A DNA stretch of 64,000 nucleotides from Acidimicrobiia bacterium (GCA_013812505.1 JACCTH010000021.1:24104-88103), one strand, 5' to 3'; positions 29,709 through 40,112 are shown, counted from the stretch's first letter. The notes: a model not told the origin generated them from the letters alone. Program-made: numbers and translations.

Positions 29709-30775
29709 ACGTCGAAGTCAACCTCGACGGCATCAGACAGCGGATGTGCCTGGCAGGTCAGGACATAGCCAGCCTGGACTTCGGCATCGACCAATGCCCA
29801 GTTCTTGTCCATCCGCACCTGCCCCTCGACGATGCGGGCCTTGCAGCTGGCGCACATCCCGCCCTTGCACGAGTAGGGCAACTCTGGACGCACCCGGAGC
29901 GCGGCGTCTAGAATCGAAGTTTCCGGACGCATGCGAGCTGAGGTTTCCCGTCCGTCGAGGGTGAAAGTAAGCCGCACGGTTCCTTTCTCATCATCCGGCT
30001 CAGGTGGAAGCGTGTTGAGGTCGAGCGGCCCGGCAAAGAAGAGCTCGTCATGGATCAGTTCCGTCGGGATTCCGCGGTCCTCCAACAGTCGCCGAGCTGC
30101 CACGACCACATCGAAGGGGCCGCAGAGAAACCATTCCTCGGGGCGGGCGGGGGCGATGACTCTTTCGAGTAGTTCGACCAGGCGTTCCTCGTCCAACCGT
30201 CCCGACAAGAGCGGAGTGATCGCTTGCTCACGGGTCAGCACATGGATGATTTGAAGGCGGTCCGGATATCGGTCCTTTAGCCCTTCGAGCTCATCGAGGA
30301 ACATGACGCTGTCGGCGCCGCGGTTGCCGAAGATCACCGAAAACCGGCAACCGGGCTCGGATTCGAGGAAGGTTGCCAACAAGGAAAGCACCGGGGTGAT
30401 ACCGCTCCCGACCGCGATGGCTCCGTAGTGCACGGGCCGGGGAATCGTGGTGAACTCTCCTACCGGTGCCATCACCTCCAGCTCGTCCCCGGTCGCCAGG
30501 CGGGAGGTGGCAAAGGTGGAGAAGGCGCCGCCCGGTAGCTGTTTGATCCCAATCCGCAACCGGCCCTGGTTGGCGTTGGAGCAGATCGAATAGCTCCGCC
30601 TCACGTCAACTCCATCGAGGTCGGTCTTGACCGTCACATGCTGGCCAGGCAGGTAAGAGAATTCCTCGGCGAGGTCCGCGGGAACGTCGAAGGTGACTGC
30701 CACCGCGTCGTCGGTCAGCCTCGCGATGGCAGCCACCCGCAAGCGGCGGAAATCGCGCGGTCGGGTCGTCGTCAA
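29705..30775 (-). CDS. paaE: Phenylacetyl-CoA epoxidase reductase subunit
   Basis: RRSYSI, GSGITP, LCGP, CKGGMCASC...LTCQ [2Fe-2S]. TTG start overlaps the paaD stop. Confidence 0.93.
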   Translation of the reverse strand: MTTTRPRDFRRLRVAAIARLTDDAVAVTFDVPADLAEEFSYLPGQHVTVKTDLDGVDVRRSYSICSNANQGRLRIGIKQLPGGAFSTFATSRLATGDELEVMAPVGEFTTIPRPVHYGAIAVGSGITPVLSLLATFLESEPGCRFSVIFGNRGADSVMFLDELEGLKDRYPDRLQIIHVLTREQAITPLLSGRLDEERLVELLERVIAPARPEEWFLCGPFDVVVAARRLLEDRGIPTELIHDELFFAGPLDLNTLPPEPDDEKGTVRLTFTLDGRETSARMRPETSILDAALRVRPELPYSCKGGMCASCKARIVEGQVRMDKNWALVDAEVQAGYVLTCQAHPLSDAVEVDFDV

Positions 30776-31233
30776 CGCAGCTCTTTGAAAAGATCGAAGG
30801 GCTCGCCACACGAACCGCAAACCATCAGCGCTTTGCAGGCCGTGGAACCGAACCGGCTCACCACGCGAGCCGGGCCGTCCGCGCAGCGAGGACACCCGAC
30901 GGAGTGGTCGGGTTGGGGAGGGGCGAAGCCGTGTTGCTGGAGAAGGTCTCGCGCTCGGGGGCTGAGATCGTCAGTGGTCCAGGCCGGCGCCCGGCTCAGC
31001 ACCACCTCGGGCTGATACCCATGGCTGTCGAGCATCGACTCGATGTCTTTCCTGATCGCGTCCATCGCCGGGCAACCGGAGTAGGTCGGCGTAATCGTCA
31101 CGCGGACCCGAGTACCCACGGTCTCGACTCCTCGCAGGATCCCCAGGTCGGCGATAGAAAGAAACGGCAGCTCTGGGTCCATCACCTGATCGAGGAGCTG
31201 GTGGGGTGACAGGGTGGTCGCGGTTGTCACCAT
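30772..31233 (-). CDS. paaD: Phenylacetyl-CoA epoxidase subunit D
   Basis: DPELP, TPTYSGCPA, WTTD, CPRC, FGSTACKA, CGEPF. Confidence 0.95.
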   Translation of the reverse strand: MVTTATTLSPHQLLDQVMDPELPFLSIADLGILRGVETVGTRVRVTITPTYSGCPAMDAIRKDIESMLDSHGYQPEVVLSRAPAWTTDDLSPRARDLLQQHGFAPPQPDHSVGCPRCADGPARVVSRFGSTACKALMVCGSCGEPFDLFKELR

Positions 31234-31919
31234 TGCACTCCCGGATAAGCCCGCGCCAGTGATTGCATCTTGGCCAGCAGATGGCCGAGGTGCTCGGTGT
31301 GCATACCGCGGCGACCGCCGCGACGAGGGAATGGGTCCTTCGGTAGCACCAGCCGAGATTCGTCGAGGACCGGAGTGAGCCGCTCGTCGAATCCGCGCCG
31401 GAGGTCCTGATGCTCGTCGAACATCTCATCCACATAGCGAGCCAGGGCGACGAGCCCCGATTGCATCCGCCGATTGCTCTCCTCGGTTCCCCGGCCGAGC
31501 CGCTCGGTCCAGGTGGCCGAGTGTTGCCAGTGGTAACGAGCCTCGAGCAATGCCTTGCTCGCCACGGCGGCGAGGACCTCGTCGGGCGAGCCGGCCAATT
31601 TCTCCCACAAGCCCACCTGGTAGGAGTCGAACAGGAGCTGGCGGGCAATCGTCTGTCCAAAATCGCCATTGGGTTGTTCGCAGATCAGGAGATTGGTGAG
31701 CTCCCGCTCGCTCCGAAACATGGCCAGGTCGTCCTCCGTTCGACCCTTTCCCTCCAGGTCGCCGAAATGGGTCAGAAGCGCGCGAGCTACTCCGAGATGA
31801 TCGAGGGCAATGTTGGCCACTGCGATATCGAGCTCAAGGTCCGGCGCCGCCGCCACCCATTCCGAGAGTCGCTGAGCAAGGATGAGGTTGTCGTCGGCGA
31901 AGCCGAGAACGTTCATCAC
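31227..31919 (-). CDS. paaC: Phenylacetyl-CoA epoxidase subunit C
   Basis: DDNLILAQRLSEW, NIALD, EQPNGDF, EARYH, HTEHLGHLL. Confidence 0.95.
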   Translation of the reverse strand: MMNVLGFADDNLILAQRLSEWVAAAPDLELDIAVANIALDHLGVARALLTHFGDLEGKGRTEDDLAMFRSERELTNLLICEQPNGDFGQTIARQLLFDSYQVGLWEKLAGSPDEVLAAVASKALLEARYHWQHSATWTERLGRGTEESNRRMQSGLVALARYVDEMFDEHQDLRRGFDERLTPVLDESRLVLPKDPFPRRGGRRGMHTEHLGHLLAKMQSLARAYPGVQW

Positions 31920-32257
31920 ATTTGGCCAACTTCGTCAGGGATGTCGTAGTGCGTCGCGTGGCGGTAGGGCTTCTCGATCGCTTCAAAGAACGCCGGGGCC
32001 TCGTCGGGATCGGACGCGACGATCTCGGTCGAGGCCACCACCCAGATGCTGACGCCTTCGACCCGGCGGGTGTAGACGTCGCGGGCAGCCAGCAAGGCCG
32101 AATCGGCGTCGGGGGCGTGGAGGCTTCCGGCGTGGACGTGAGCCAAGCCCCGCTTCTGACGGATGAACACTTCCCACAGCGGCCAGACTCCGTCGGTTTC
32201 GGTGCCGGTGACTTTGCTTTCCGCTTCGCCCGCAACTTGGGGAACCGAATAGGTCAC
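31916..32257 (-). CDS. paaB: Phenylacetyl-CoA epoxidase subunit B
   Basis: [36 protein letters not shown]. Confidence 0.96.
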   Translation of the reverse strand: MTYSVPQVAGEAESKVTGTETDGVWPLWEVFIRQKRGLAHVHAGSLHAPDADSALLAARDVYTRRVEGVSIWVVASTEIVASDPDEAPAFFEAIEKPYRHATHYDIPDEVGQM

Positions 32258-33171
32258 GCCGAACCCGCCACGGCTGAGCTGACCGCGGCCGCTTGGCGGA
32301 CCCAGGCGCCGTCATCCCAAGCCTTCCGTTTGTGCTCGATCCGGTCGCGGTTCATGGGGCCATGACCCTTCACCACTGCCCAGAACTCATCCCAGTCGAT
32401 AGGGCCGAAGTCGTAATGTCCCCGCTCCTCGTTCCAGGCCAGATCGGGATCAGGGATCTGGAGACCCAAGTAGTCCGCTTGGGGAACCGTCATGTCGACG
32501 AACTGCTGACGAAGTTCGTCATTGGAGACCCGCTTGATCTTCCACTCCATCGACTGTTCGGTGTGAGTCGACTCGGAATCGTGCGGACCGAACATCATGA
32601 GCGACGGCCACCACCAACGGTCGAGAGAGTCTTGGGCCATTGCCTTTTGCTCAGCCGAGCCGTTGCAGAGGGTGAGCATGATCTCGTATCCCTGGCGCTG
32701 GTGGAAGGACTCCTCGAGGCAGATCTTCACCATTGCCCGGGCATAGGGGCCATATGAGCATCGCTTGAGCATCACCTGGTTGGTGATCGCGGCGCCGTCG
32801 ACCAGCCACCCGATGGCGCCCATGTCGGCCCACGACAGGGTTGGATAGTTGAAGATCGACGAGTACTTCTGCTTCCCCGAATGGAGCAGCTCCATCAGCT
32901 GATCACGGTTCACACCCAGGGTTTCCGCCGCCGAATAGAGGTAGAGACCATGGCCGGCCTCGTCCTGGACCTTGGCGATCAGAATCGCCTTCCGCCGGAG
33001 TGACGGCGCTCGGCTGATCCAATTGCCTTCCGGCTGCATCCCGATGATCTCGGAGTGGGCGTGTTGGGCAATCTGGCGGATCAGTGTTTGGCGGTACTCC
33101 TCCGGCATCCAGTCGGTCGACTCCACCTTCTCTTCTGCCTCAAGCAGGGCACGGAATTTCGCTTCACGCAT
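32254..33171 (-). CDS. paaA: Phenylacetyl-CoA epoxidase subunit A
   Basis: [39 protein letters not shown]. Confidence 0.98.
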   Translation of the reverse strand: MREAKFRALLEAEEKVESTDWMPEEYRQTLIRQIAQHAHSEIIGMQPEGNWISRAPSLRRKAILIAKVQDEAGHGLYLYSAAETLGVNRDQLMELLHSGKQKYSSIFNYPTLSWADMGAIGWLVDGAAITNQVMLKRCSYGPYARAMVKICLEESFHQRQGYEIMLTLCNGSAEQKAMAQDSLDRWWWPSLMMFGPHDSESTHTEQSMEWKIKRVSNDELRQQFVDMTVPQADYLGLQIPDPDLAWNEERGHYDFGPIDWDEFWAVVKGHGPMNRDRIEHKRKAWDDGAWVRQAAAVSSAVAGSA

Positions 33172-33182
33172 CGCCGCATCCT

Positions 33183-33214
33183 ACCACCTAACGAACGATC
33201 GTTCGTTAGGTGGT
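33183..33214. promoter_or_regulatory. Perfect 32-bp palindrome, probable PaaR operator overlapping the paaA promoter
   Basis: ACCACCTAACGAACGA|TCGTTCGTTAGGTGGT abuts the TAGGAT -10 (33183-33178) 6 nt before the paaA ATG. Confidence 0.8.
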
Positions 33215-33242
33215 TGGATGCCGGTTTGGTGATAAAAACGAT

Positions 33243-34046
33243 CTATGTCCGGTGGTCGAGGAGTTGAGCCTGGTTGATGCGGCCCAGCGGGCCGTGTTCG
33301 TCGAAGACCAGGGTGTCGGCCATACCGATCCCGGTTTGATGCTGCCGGGCTACCGATCGCATCCCCACCCATTCGCCTACCGGCAAACGGTGGGCGTAAA
33401 GCGTGATGTCGGGATTGACAAAGATCCACTCGCGGGGGTTGATGCTTTGCGAGTTGCCGTTTGACAGATCGGCCAGCGTGGCCAGTAGTACGAACGGGCT
33501 CGGCTCCTCGCCGGCGATTACCGGCACTAAAAGCCGCATCCAGGAGAGACCGGGGCCCGGAATGGCGAAGCTTTGGTCGACGCTCCGAATCTCGACCGCG
33601 TCGTGATGAAAGCGTGCCACCCGTCCGCGGTCGCCGAAGCTCTCATTCCAGTCGAGGAGCGGCACTTCGTCCGGCGGTGGTGGTGCATTCCACTCGAGCG
33701 CCAGCGGCTGGAACGGCAATTCCGCGGTCCTGATCTTCAAGGCCGACACTCGTCCGACTTCAAGCCCCTCGGCATGGAGGAACGCGTCGACGACTTGGAT
33801 TCGCTTGCCATCCCGCCTCACCACGGTTTCCACCGTGAGCGGTGTGAGGGGCACGGCGCGAAACAAATCGACCGTGAAGCGAACAACCTGCATGGGAACC
33901 GCCGTCGGCACAGAATCGACGGCCCGCGCCAAGAGCCCTGACGGCGGGCTTCCGTGCTGGTGCTCGTCATCCCAACCACCGCGAGTTAGCTCCGTGGGCC
34001 GGAAGCGGTCGCCCTCAATCACGAACAGGGCGGAGCGTTCCTTCAT
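33243..34046 (-). CDS. Thioesterase-like (TesB/double hot-dog) protein
   Basis: RGGWD..QHGSPP, VRRDGKRIQVV, LADLSNG, FVNPDITL. Confidence 0.85.
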   Translation of the reverse strand: MKERSALFVIEGDRFRPTELTRGGWDDEHQHGSPPSGLLARAVDSVPTAVPMQVVRFTVDLFRAVPLTPLTVETVVRRDGKRIQVVDAFLHAEGLEVGRVSALKIRTAELPFQPLALEWNAPPPPDEVPLLDWNESFGDRGRVARFHHDAVEIRSVDQSFAIPGPGLSWMRLLVPVIAGEEPSPFVLLATLADLSNGNSQSINPREWIFVNPDITLYAHRLPVGEWVGMRSVARQHQTGIGMADTLVFDEHGPLGRINQAQLLDHRT

Positions 34047-34091
34047 GAGCCGGCGGACGGTAGCTCAACCCGGTACACCTAACCTGCTCGG

Positions 34092-34976
34092 GTGTTAAGC
34101 ATCAAGGGGCTGCGCAAGACCTACGGCGACGTCGTCGCGCTGGACGATTGCACCTTCCGCGCCGAGCCGGGGCGCATGCTGGGCTTTCTGGGACCGAACG
34201 GAGCCGGGAAAACCACTGCCATGCGAGCGGTCTTCGGACTCGTCGAGCAAGACGCCGGAACCATCACCTGGCGCGACGCGCCGATCGGGTTCGAGCAGCG
34301 ACAGCGCTTTGGCTACATGCCCGAAACCAGAGGTCTCTACCCGAAGATGCGAATTCACGACCAGCTTGTCTACCTCGGCCGGCTGCATGGCATGTCTGCG
34401 CGAGCTGCCGGTGACGAGGCCGAGGCCCTGTTGGCGACCTTCGGCCTCAGCGAGCGGACCCGTGACCCGCTCGAGAAGCTTTCGCACGGGAACCAACAAC
34501 GCGTTCAGCTCGCTGCAGCTTTGATCAACCGACCCGAGCTGCTGGTGCTCGACGAACCCTTCAGCGGTCTCGACCCCATCGGAGTTGAGACGATGGGCCA
34601 GGTGCTGCGCGAACGCGCCCGAGATGGCGCGGCAGTCGTTTTCTCCTCTCATCAACTCGACCTGGTCGAAGATCTCTGCGAGGACGTGGCGATCATCCGC
34701 CAGGGTTACATCGTTCGCCAGGGCGAGGTTGATCAGATCAAGGACGCGTCCCCGGTGCGCCATCTGGAACTAGAGCTCGCCGACGGCGACGTCCGCCAGC
34801 TCGGCGAGCTCAGCGACCGGGTAGTCGAACAAGTCGGCAATCGCTATCGGCTGATGGTTCCCGCTGACTTGGATATCCGACCGCTGATGAGTGGCGCCTT
34901 GGCGACTGGGCAGGTGCGTCGGTTCATCTATACGACGCCGTCACTCTCGGAGATCTTCCTAGAGGCGGTTGCGTGA
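34092..34976 (+). CDS. ABC-2 transporter ATP-binding protein (NatA/YhaQ-like)
   Basis: GPNGAGKTT, GYMPE.RGLYPKM, LSHGNQQR, LDEPFSGLDP, SSH. Confidence 0.95.
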   Translation: MLSIKGLRKTYGDVVALDDCTFRAEPGRMLGFLGPNGAGKTTAMRAVFGLVEQDAGTITWRDAPIGFEQRQRFGYMPETRGLYPKMRIHDQLVYLGRLHGMSARAAGDEAEALLATFGLSERTRDPLEKLSHGNQQRVQLAAALINRPELLVLDEPFSGLDPIGVETMGQVLRERARDGAAVVFSSHQLDLVEDLCEDVAIIRQGYIVRQGEVDQIKDASPVRHLELELADGDVRQLGELSDRVVEQVGNRYRLMVPADLDIRPLMSGALATGQVRRFIYTTPSLSEIFLEAVA

Positions 34977-36178
34977 CCGGTTGGAATGGCATGTGGCTCG
35001 TCACGAAACGCGAGATCCGCGAACGGGCCCGCACCAAAGGATTCTTGATCTCGTCAATCCTCACGGTGGTGTTGATCACCGCCGCGATTGTGCTCCCAAC
35101 CGTCGCTGGCGATGCTGCCGAGACTCATCGGATCGGAAGCCTCGGCGCGGGCAACGAGGCAATCGTCACCGCTGCCGCCGAGGTGGCCGCGGCAGAAGTC
35201 GCTGACCAGCCGGCGGAAGAGGCTGACGGCTTCGAAATATTCAACTTCTCGTCGCGAGAAGAGGCAGCGTTGGCTTTGCAGGCTGGCGAGGTGGAAGTGG
35301 TCCTTATCGATGGCGAAAGCGTCCTCGTCGCCACCGAGGGATTTGGCGGCACCCCGCTGGTCGGCACTCTGCAGCAAGCCGCCGGGGCTGTCCGTCTCCA
35401 AGAGCTGGTCGCCTCGAACGAGGAAGCGGCCTCGGTGATTGACGTCCTCTCAAGAGATCCGCTGGCCGTGACGACACTGGCTGGTGAGGACTCGGCGGCA
35501 GCCGAACGCGGCACCATCGCCTATGGCGGCCTCATCCTCATGTACATCGCCGTCCTCTCTTATGGGAACGCCGCTCTCACCGGCGTCACCGAAGAGAAGA
35601 ACAATCGAGTGGTCGAAGTCCTCCTTGCCACCTTGAAACCCTGGCAGCTGCTCGGTGGCAAGGTCCTCGGCATCGGGCTGCTCGGCCTGGCGCAGTTCGC
35701 CGCCACCGTCATCGTCGCCTTCGTCGCGTTGAGAGCCACCAACGCTCTCGAGCTACCTGACCTCGACGCTTCCATCGTCGGGGTTCTCGTGCTTTGGTTC
35801 GTGCTCGGGTTCTCGATCTTCTCGGTTCTTTATGCCGCGGCAGGCGCGCTGGCGAGCCGTCCCGAAGAGGCTCAGTCGGCCAGCCTGCCCATGACCATGA
35901 TCGCCGTGTTGGCCTTCTTCCTCAGCTTCGGGGTGTTGAGCAATCCCGATTCGACTCTCTCGCGTATTGTCACGTTCATCCCGTTCACGGCGCCGTTCGT
36001 CGTCCCGGTTCGCAACGCCCTTGGGGCTCTGACGCTGGTCGAGCATGTGCTGGCCGTGATAGTGACCGTGCTCGCGATCATCCTTCTTATCCGGGTCGCG
36101 GCCCGTATCTACTCGGGCGGATTGCTCAGCATCGGCCGGCGGGTGAAGCTGCGCGAAGCCTGGCGGGGGACGAATTGA
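34973..36178 (+). CDS. ABC-2 transporter permease
   Basis: KREIRER, EEKNNRVVEVLL, GKVLG, six TMs. Confidence 0.92.
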   Translation: MTGWNGMWLVTKREIRERARTKGFLISSILTVVLITAAIVLPTVAGDAAETHRIGSLGAGNEAIVTAAAEVAAAEVADQPAEEADGFEIFNFSSREEAALALQAGEVEVVLIDGESVLVATEGFGGTPLVGTLQQAAGAVRLQELVASNEEAASVIDVLSRDPLAVTTLAGEDSAAAERGTIAYGGLILMYIAVLSYGNAALTGVTEEKNNRVVEVLLATLKPWQLLGGKVLGIGLLGLAQFAATVIVAFVALRATNALELPDLDASIVGVLVLWFVLGFSIFSVLYAAAGALASRPEEAQSASLPMTMIAVLAFFLSFGVLSNPDSTLSRIVTFIPFTAPFVVPVRNALGALTLVEHVLAVIVTVLAIILLIRVAARIYSGGLLSIGRRVKLREAWRGTN

Positions 36179-36930
36179 TGGCGATCACCGTTGAGAAGAA
36201 GGATGGCGTCGCCAACCTTTGGCTGGACCGCCCGGAAAAGCTGAACGCGTTGTCGATCGACATGTGGACCGACCTTCCCCGCGCGGCCGCGGAACTGGCT
36301 AGCGACACTGAGGTGCGAGTCATCGTGGTGGCGGGACGTGGGCCCTGTCTAACGGCAGGAATCGACCTGGACATGCTTGCGGACCTCGCACCGGCGGGAG
36401 AGTCGGAAGCGGCGCGGCGGCTGGCGGTCATGCACCGGATCAAGGAACTTCAACACACCTTCACCTCGCTGGCTGACTGCCCCCAGCCGGTGATCGCGGC
36501 CATCCACGGCTACTGCCTGGGCGCCGGCATCGACCTGATCACCGCCTGCGACATCCGGTGGGCGAGCGCCGATGCGATCTTCTCGGTGCAGGAAACGCGG
36601 ATGGGTTTGGTCGCCGACGTCGGCACCATGCAGCGGCTGCCGCGCATCGTCAACCCCGGTGATGTCGCCGAGCTGGTTTACACCGGCGCCGATATCAACT
36701 CGACGCGGGCCCTCGAGATGCGCTTGGTGACCCGAGTGCTGCCCGATCAGCCCACTCTCTGGTCCGAGGTGATGGGCTTGGCCGGGATGATCGCCGACAA
36801 CTCGCCTCTGGTGGTGCAGGGAGCCAAGCGGGTGTTGCAAGCGGGCGAGGGCCGGTCGGTCGCCGAAGGGCTCGACTATATCGCGGTGTGGAACGCCGCC
36901 TTCGGAGAGTTTTCGCGCAGCAACCGATAG
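36178..36930 (+). CDS. Crotonase / enoyl-CoA hydratase family (ECH1-like), C-terminus apparently truncated
   Basis: LDRPEKLNAL, AGIDL, PVIAAIHGYCLGAGIDL, ADVGTMQRLP. Ends WNAAF-GEFSRSNR inside a hairpin. Confidence 0.88.
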   Translation: MAITVEKKDGVANLWLDRPEKLNALSIDMWTDLPRAAAELASDTEVRVIVVAGRGPCLTAGIDLDMLADLAPAGESEAARRLAVMHRIKELQHTFTSLADCPQPVIAAIHGYCLGAGIDLITACDIRWASADAIFSVQETRMGLVADVGTMQRLPRIVNPGDVAELVYTGADINSTRALEMRLVTRVLPDQPTLWSEVMGLAGMIADNSPLVVQGAKRVLQAGEGRSVAEGLDYIAVWNAAFGEFSRSNR

Positions 36931-36952
36931 GTTGCGTTTGCTGCGCGAGAAC
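36909..36952. repeat. Long hairpin (REP-like or bidirectional terminator) between convergent genes
   Basis: TCGCGCAGCAA (36913-36923) / TTGCTGCGCGA (36938-36948); internal GCAACC-GATA-GGTTGC. Confidence 0.7.
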
Positions 36953-36962
36953 GGTGGGGTGG

Positions 36963-37739
36963 TTACTCCTCGGGGCGCGGCGCCGGCTGGAGGATGTAGA
37001 AGAAAGCGCCGGTCGGATCCTGGAGATAGTGCATGATCCCGGCCATCGGCACGTCGATGACGCCGCTCATATCGGTCGCACCCAGCTCCACCGCCTTCTT
37101 GGCGGCCGCTTCGTGTTCGTCGACGGCGAAATAGACGTCCCAGTGCGCGGGCACTTCGGCCGGCCACATCTCTCCCATGTCCAAGCCACCGGCGCGCTTG
37201 TCCTGTCCAATGCCGCCCAGGTGGTACATGTTGCCCTCGCCCATGTCCATCGACTCCCACTCCCAACCAAAGACCTTCTCGTAGAAAGGACGAGCGGCGT
37301 CGAGGTCGCGCGTGGCGAGCTCGTTCCAGGCGAGCGACCCGTGGTCGCCATACATCTCCGCACCCTTGTGGGTCTTCGGCTCCCATAAACCGAACGCAGC
37401 ACCCGAGGGGTCGGCGAGAAAAGCCATCCTTCCGAACTCCATCACGTCCATCGGTTCCATGAACACCTGGCCGCCCGCTTCTTTGGCCGCCTTGGTCTTC
37501 TCGTCGGCGCTATCGACGAGCACGTACGAGCTCCACATGCTGGGCATGCCCTCGGCCATGGTCGCCCCGAGCCCGGCGACGGCTTTGCCGTCCTTGGTGA
37601 AGTTGGTGTAGTAGCCCCCATCCGGCAAAGGTCCGTCCTGGGCCTCCCATTCAAAGAGCTCGGAGTAAAACTTCTTGGCAGCTTCCTGGTCGGTCGAAGC
37701 CAGATCGACCCAGCCAAATGTGTCGCGAGGAATCGTCAT
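36963..37739 (-). CDS. VOC-family (glyoxalase/CFP32-like) two-domain protein
   Basis: WVDLASTD..AAKKFYSELF, DPSGAAF, WNELATRD, DPTGAF. GAGAGAGG SD before ATG 37739. Confidence 0.92.
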   Translation of the reverse strand: MTIPRDTFGWVDLASTDQEAAKKFYSELFEWEAQDGPLPDGGYYTNFTKDGKAVAGLGATMAEGMPSMWSSYVLVDSADEKTKAAKEAGGQVFMEPMDVMEFGRMAFLADPSGAAFGLWEPKTHKGAEMYGDHGSLAWNELATRDLDAARPFYEKVFGWEWESMDMGEGNMYHLGGIGQDKRAGGLDMGEMWPAEVPAHWDVYFAVDEHEAAAKKAVELGATDMSGVIDVPMAGIMHYLQDPTGAFFYILQPAPRPEE

Positions 37740-37853
37740 CCTCTCTCCTTTCGTCGCGGTTCCCGCCCTCTGGCGAGAGTACCGCGATTCGGCTCCATAC
37801 CGACCTGCCAGGCGCCCGAAATTGAGGAAAAGTGAGGCCAGTCGATTTCTAAC

Positions 37854-38399
37854 GTGCCCTGCGTGGAAAGGATCTCTGGTCTCGAACGGGCACGGGCGGA
37901 CCGCGCGGCCGATCGGTCGTGGGTCGCACGCGACCGACTCCACGGTGTGTTCGCCGCCAACCCAACTAGCCAGGAGGTGCTCGAACTCCTCGGCAGGGTC
38001 TCCTTCGAAATGGGAGACCTTCCTGAGGCGGGGCGCTATTGGTACTTGACCGAGACCGACAACGAGGAAGCGAGGCTTGCGAACGCGGCCTTCGAAAAAC
38101 GATTCGGATCCAACCCGCATGCCGTGGTGCATTCCATTCCGCTAAAGGCCCCGATTTCGGTCTATCCGCCTCTTGTTCAGGATCGTCTAGCAGCGCTTCG
38201 CGACGCCGTGTCGAGGGACAAAGCCGCCTCCGGATTTCTGTCATGGAGTGACAAGGGCGAGTGGTTGACAAGTGAAGCGAAACCGCGTCCCAAACCGCCG
38301 AAACCGCACGGAAAGGTCCCAAACGTTGTGGTTGGTGTGTTGGTCTCGTTTACAGTCGGGGTCTGGGTCATTGGAGTGGTAACCATCGTCCGCCTGTGA
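37854..38399 (+). CDS. Hypothetical protein (DUF6584-like) with C-terminal TM
   Basis: WVARDRLHG, MGDLPEAGRYWYL, C-terminal hydrophobic helix. Start uncertain. Confidence 0.65.
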   Translation: MPCVERISGLERARADRAADRSWVARDRLHGVFAANPTSQEVLELLGRVSFEMGDLPEAGRYWYLTETDNEEARLANAAFEKRFGSNPHAVVHSIPLKAPISVYPPLVQDRLAALRDAVSRDKAASGFLSWSDKGEWLTSEAKPRPKPPKPHGKVPNVVVGVLVSFTVGVWVIGVVTIVRL

Positions 38400-38405
38400 C
38401 GAGCC

Positions 38406-40112
38406 TCACCCCTTGAGCGCCTCGCTCACCAATCCGGGCAGCGACTGCCAGCGGGGTTTAGCGATGAAGCGAGTAAAACGCCGGGCTACTGCCGCGCCAT
38501 TCTTGGCGGTGATCCCCCACGGGGGCGGCGGGGAAAGATGGACCTCGCCCTGGCGCCAAGCCCGCAGCATCGGGAAGAATGGGCCGCGCGCTACGGACTT
38601 CTCGGGTCGGTCGAAGAAGAGCGCGTTATGGACGACCCCGACTCCGCTTCCCACTGCTCCCACCGAATGGCCGGGGAATGCGCCCCACGACGCCCGCGGC
38701 AAAAGGAAGTTCAACGCGGTCCAAGTGTTCACTGCCACCGCCCCATAACGCAGGTTGGCGATGGCGCCTTCGAAATGCGGGCCGTAGTCGTCTGCTGTCT
38801 GCGGGTGGATGATCAGGTTCGCACCCAACGACCCTTCCAACTGGTGGTTCGCCAGCTGCACCGCTGATTGGAGGAAATAGGCAGGGTCGTTGAAAGGGAG
38901 CCGCACCACCCCGAGAGCGGGGGTAAACCATTCAGTCTTGAAGGCGGACTCATCAGTGCCCGAGGTCAGGTTGGGCAGGATCGTCGTCGGCATCCCGCCC
39001 ACTGTCACTGCCCCCGGCCGATCGGCGACCTTACGTCGCCGTTCCTCCCCTCCTGGGTAATAGGGAAAGCGCGGTTCGAGTTCGTCGATGACTTCCCCGA
39101 TCGTTTCCACCAACTTGCCCGAACCGTCCCACCCCTCGGGGAGGACCAGGATCTGGGGAGCGATGCAGTTGTAACCGACGTTGATCAACTTGGCGGTGAC
39201 GATCTGTTCGGCTTGATACTTGAAATCCGCCGCGGTCCACGGCCCAGGCACAACGATGATCGGGCTGACGCCACCCAGCTCGCTAGTCACCGGCTTCTCG
39301 AGCCGAGGTTCGCCATTTGCTCGCCGGCGTTCCGATTCGTCGCCCGTTCCCCAGACGATCGCGTCGTGCGTGGCGCGGCTGCCGGTGAGATGGACCGTGT
39401 CGACCAGCTCGTGTTCGATGAGAGACGCGCCGATGTCCGAAGTGCCGTAGACGATGCGGAGACAACCAAGGTCGACGAACTCGACCAGGATCTCTTCGAT
39501 TAAAGGGCCGAGATAGTCGTTGATTGGGCTCAACTTCAGGATCACGACCTGGCTCTCGGCGATGAGCTTGTAGAGCGCGTCGAGGGCCGGGATCGAGCCG
39601 ACGTTGCCGGCGCCCATAACTGCGCAAACTCTTGGATTGGGCCTGATTCGATAGGCGGCAGCAGTATTCTGCGCCAGCGTGGCCGGGGTCACTTGGGGCT
39701 GCATCCAAACGTCGATCGAGTAACCGGAGAGAAGGATTGCGTCGTACCAGTCGAAGGGCAGGACCCGCACGATCGCCCGTCCGTCCCTGCCCGAGCGCAC
39801 CGAGCGTCTTGAGTAGGTGGCCCTACCGCCCGCCAGGCGGCGGAGAGATTCTGCGTAGGCCTGGGCGCCGGCGATGATCGAAAACGGACCCGAGAACCAT
39901 TCCTCGGCTGCCGCCGGGCTATCTGGTTCGAATTGCTTGGCGAGGGCAGCCGCGTCGATCCACCGCTCGGCCGCAAAATCCGTCCTTCGCACCACCGACT
40001 CAAGCAGCCGAATTCGCTCGGCGAGGGAACCCGCGGCCCAAAGTTGCTTGCGAGCGGTCAGCTCCGATAGGGCGCGGTCAACGTCGGTTGGGGAGGTTGC
40101 CAGCGCCGTCAT
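38406..40112 (-). CDS. Aldehyde dehydrogenase family protein
   Basis: GAGN, LTGS, SELGG, GYNCIAPQ (catalytic Cys), EWF. Confidence 0.9.
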   Translation of the reverse strand: MTALATSPTDVDRALSELTARKQLWAAGSLAERIRLLESVVRRTDFAAERWIDAAALAKQFEPDSPAAAEEWFSGPFSIIAGAQAYAESLRRLAGGRATYSRRSVRSGRDGRAIVRVLPFDWYDAILLSGYSIDVWMQPQVTPATLAQNTAAAYRIRPNPRVCAVMGAGNVGSIPALDALYKLIAESQVVILKLSPINDYLGPLIEEILVEFVDLGCLRIVYGTSDIGASLIEHELVDTVHLTGSRATHDAIVWGTGDESERRRANGEPRLEKPVTSELGGVSPIIVVPGPWTAADFKYQAEQIVTAKLINVGYNCIAPQILVLPEGWDGSGKLVETIGEVIDELEPRFPYYPGGEERRRKVADRPGAVTVGGMPTTILPNLTSGTDESAFKTEWFTPALGVVRLPFNDPAYFLQSAVQLANHQLEGSLGANLIIHPQTADDYGPHFEGAIANLRYGAVAVNTWTALNFLLPRASWGAFPGHSVGAVGSGVGVVHNALFFDRPEKSVARGPFFPMLRAWRQGEVHLSPPPPWGITAKNGAAVARRFTRFIAKPRWQSLPGLVSEALKG

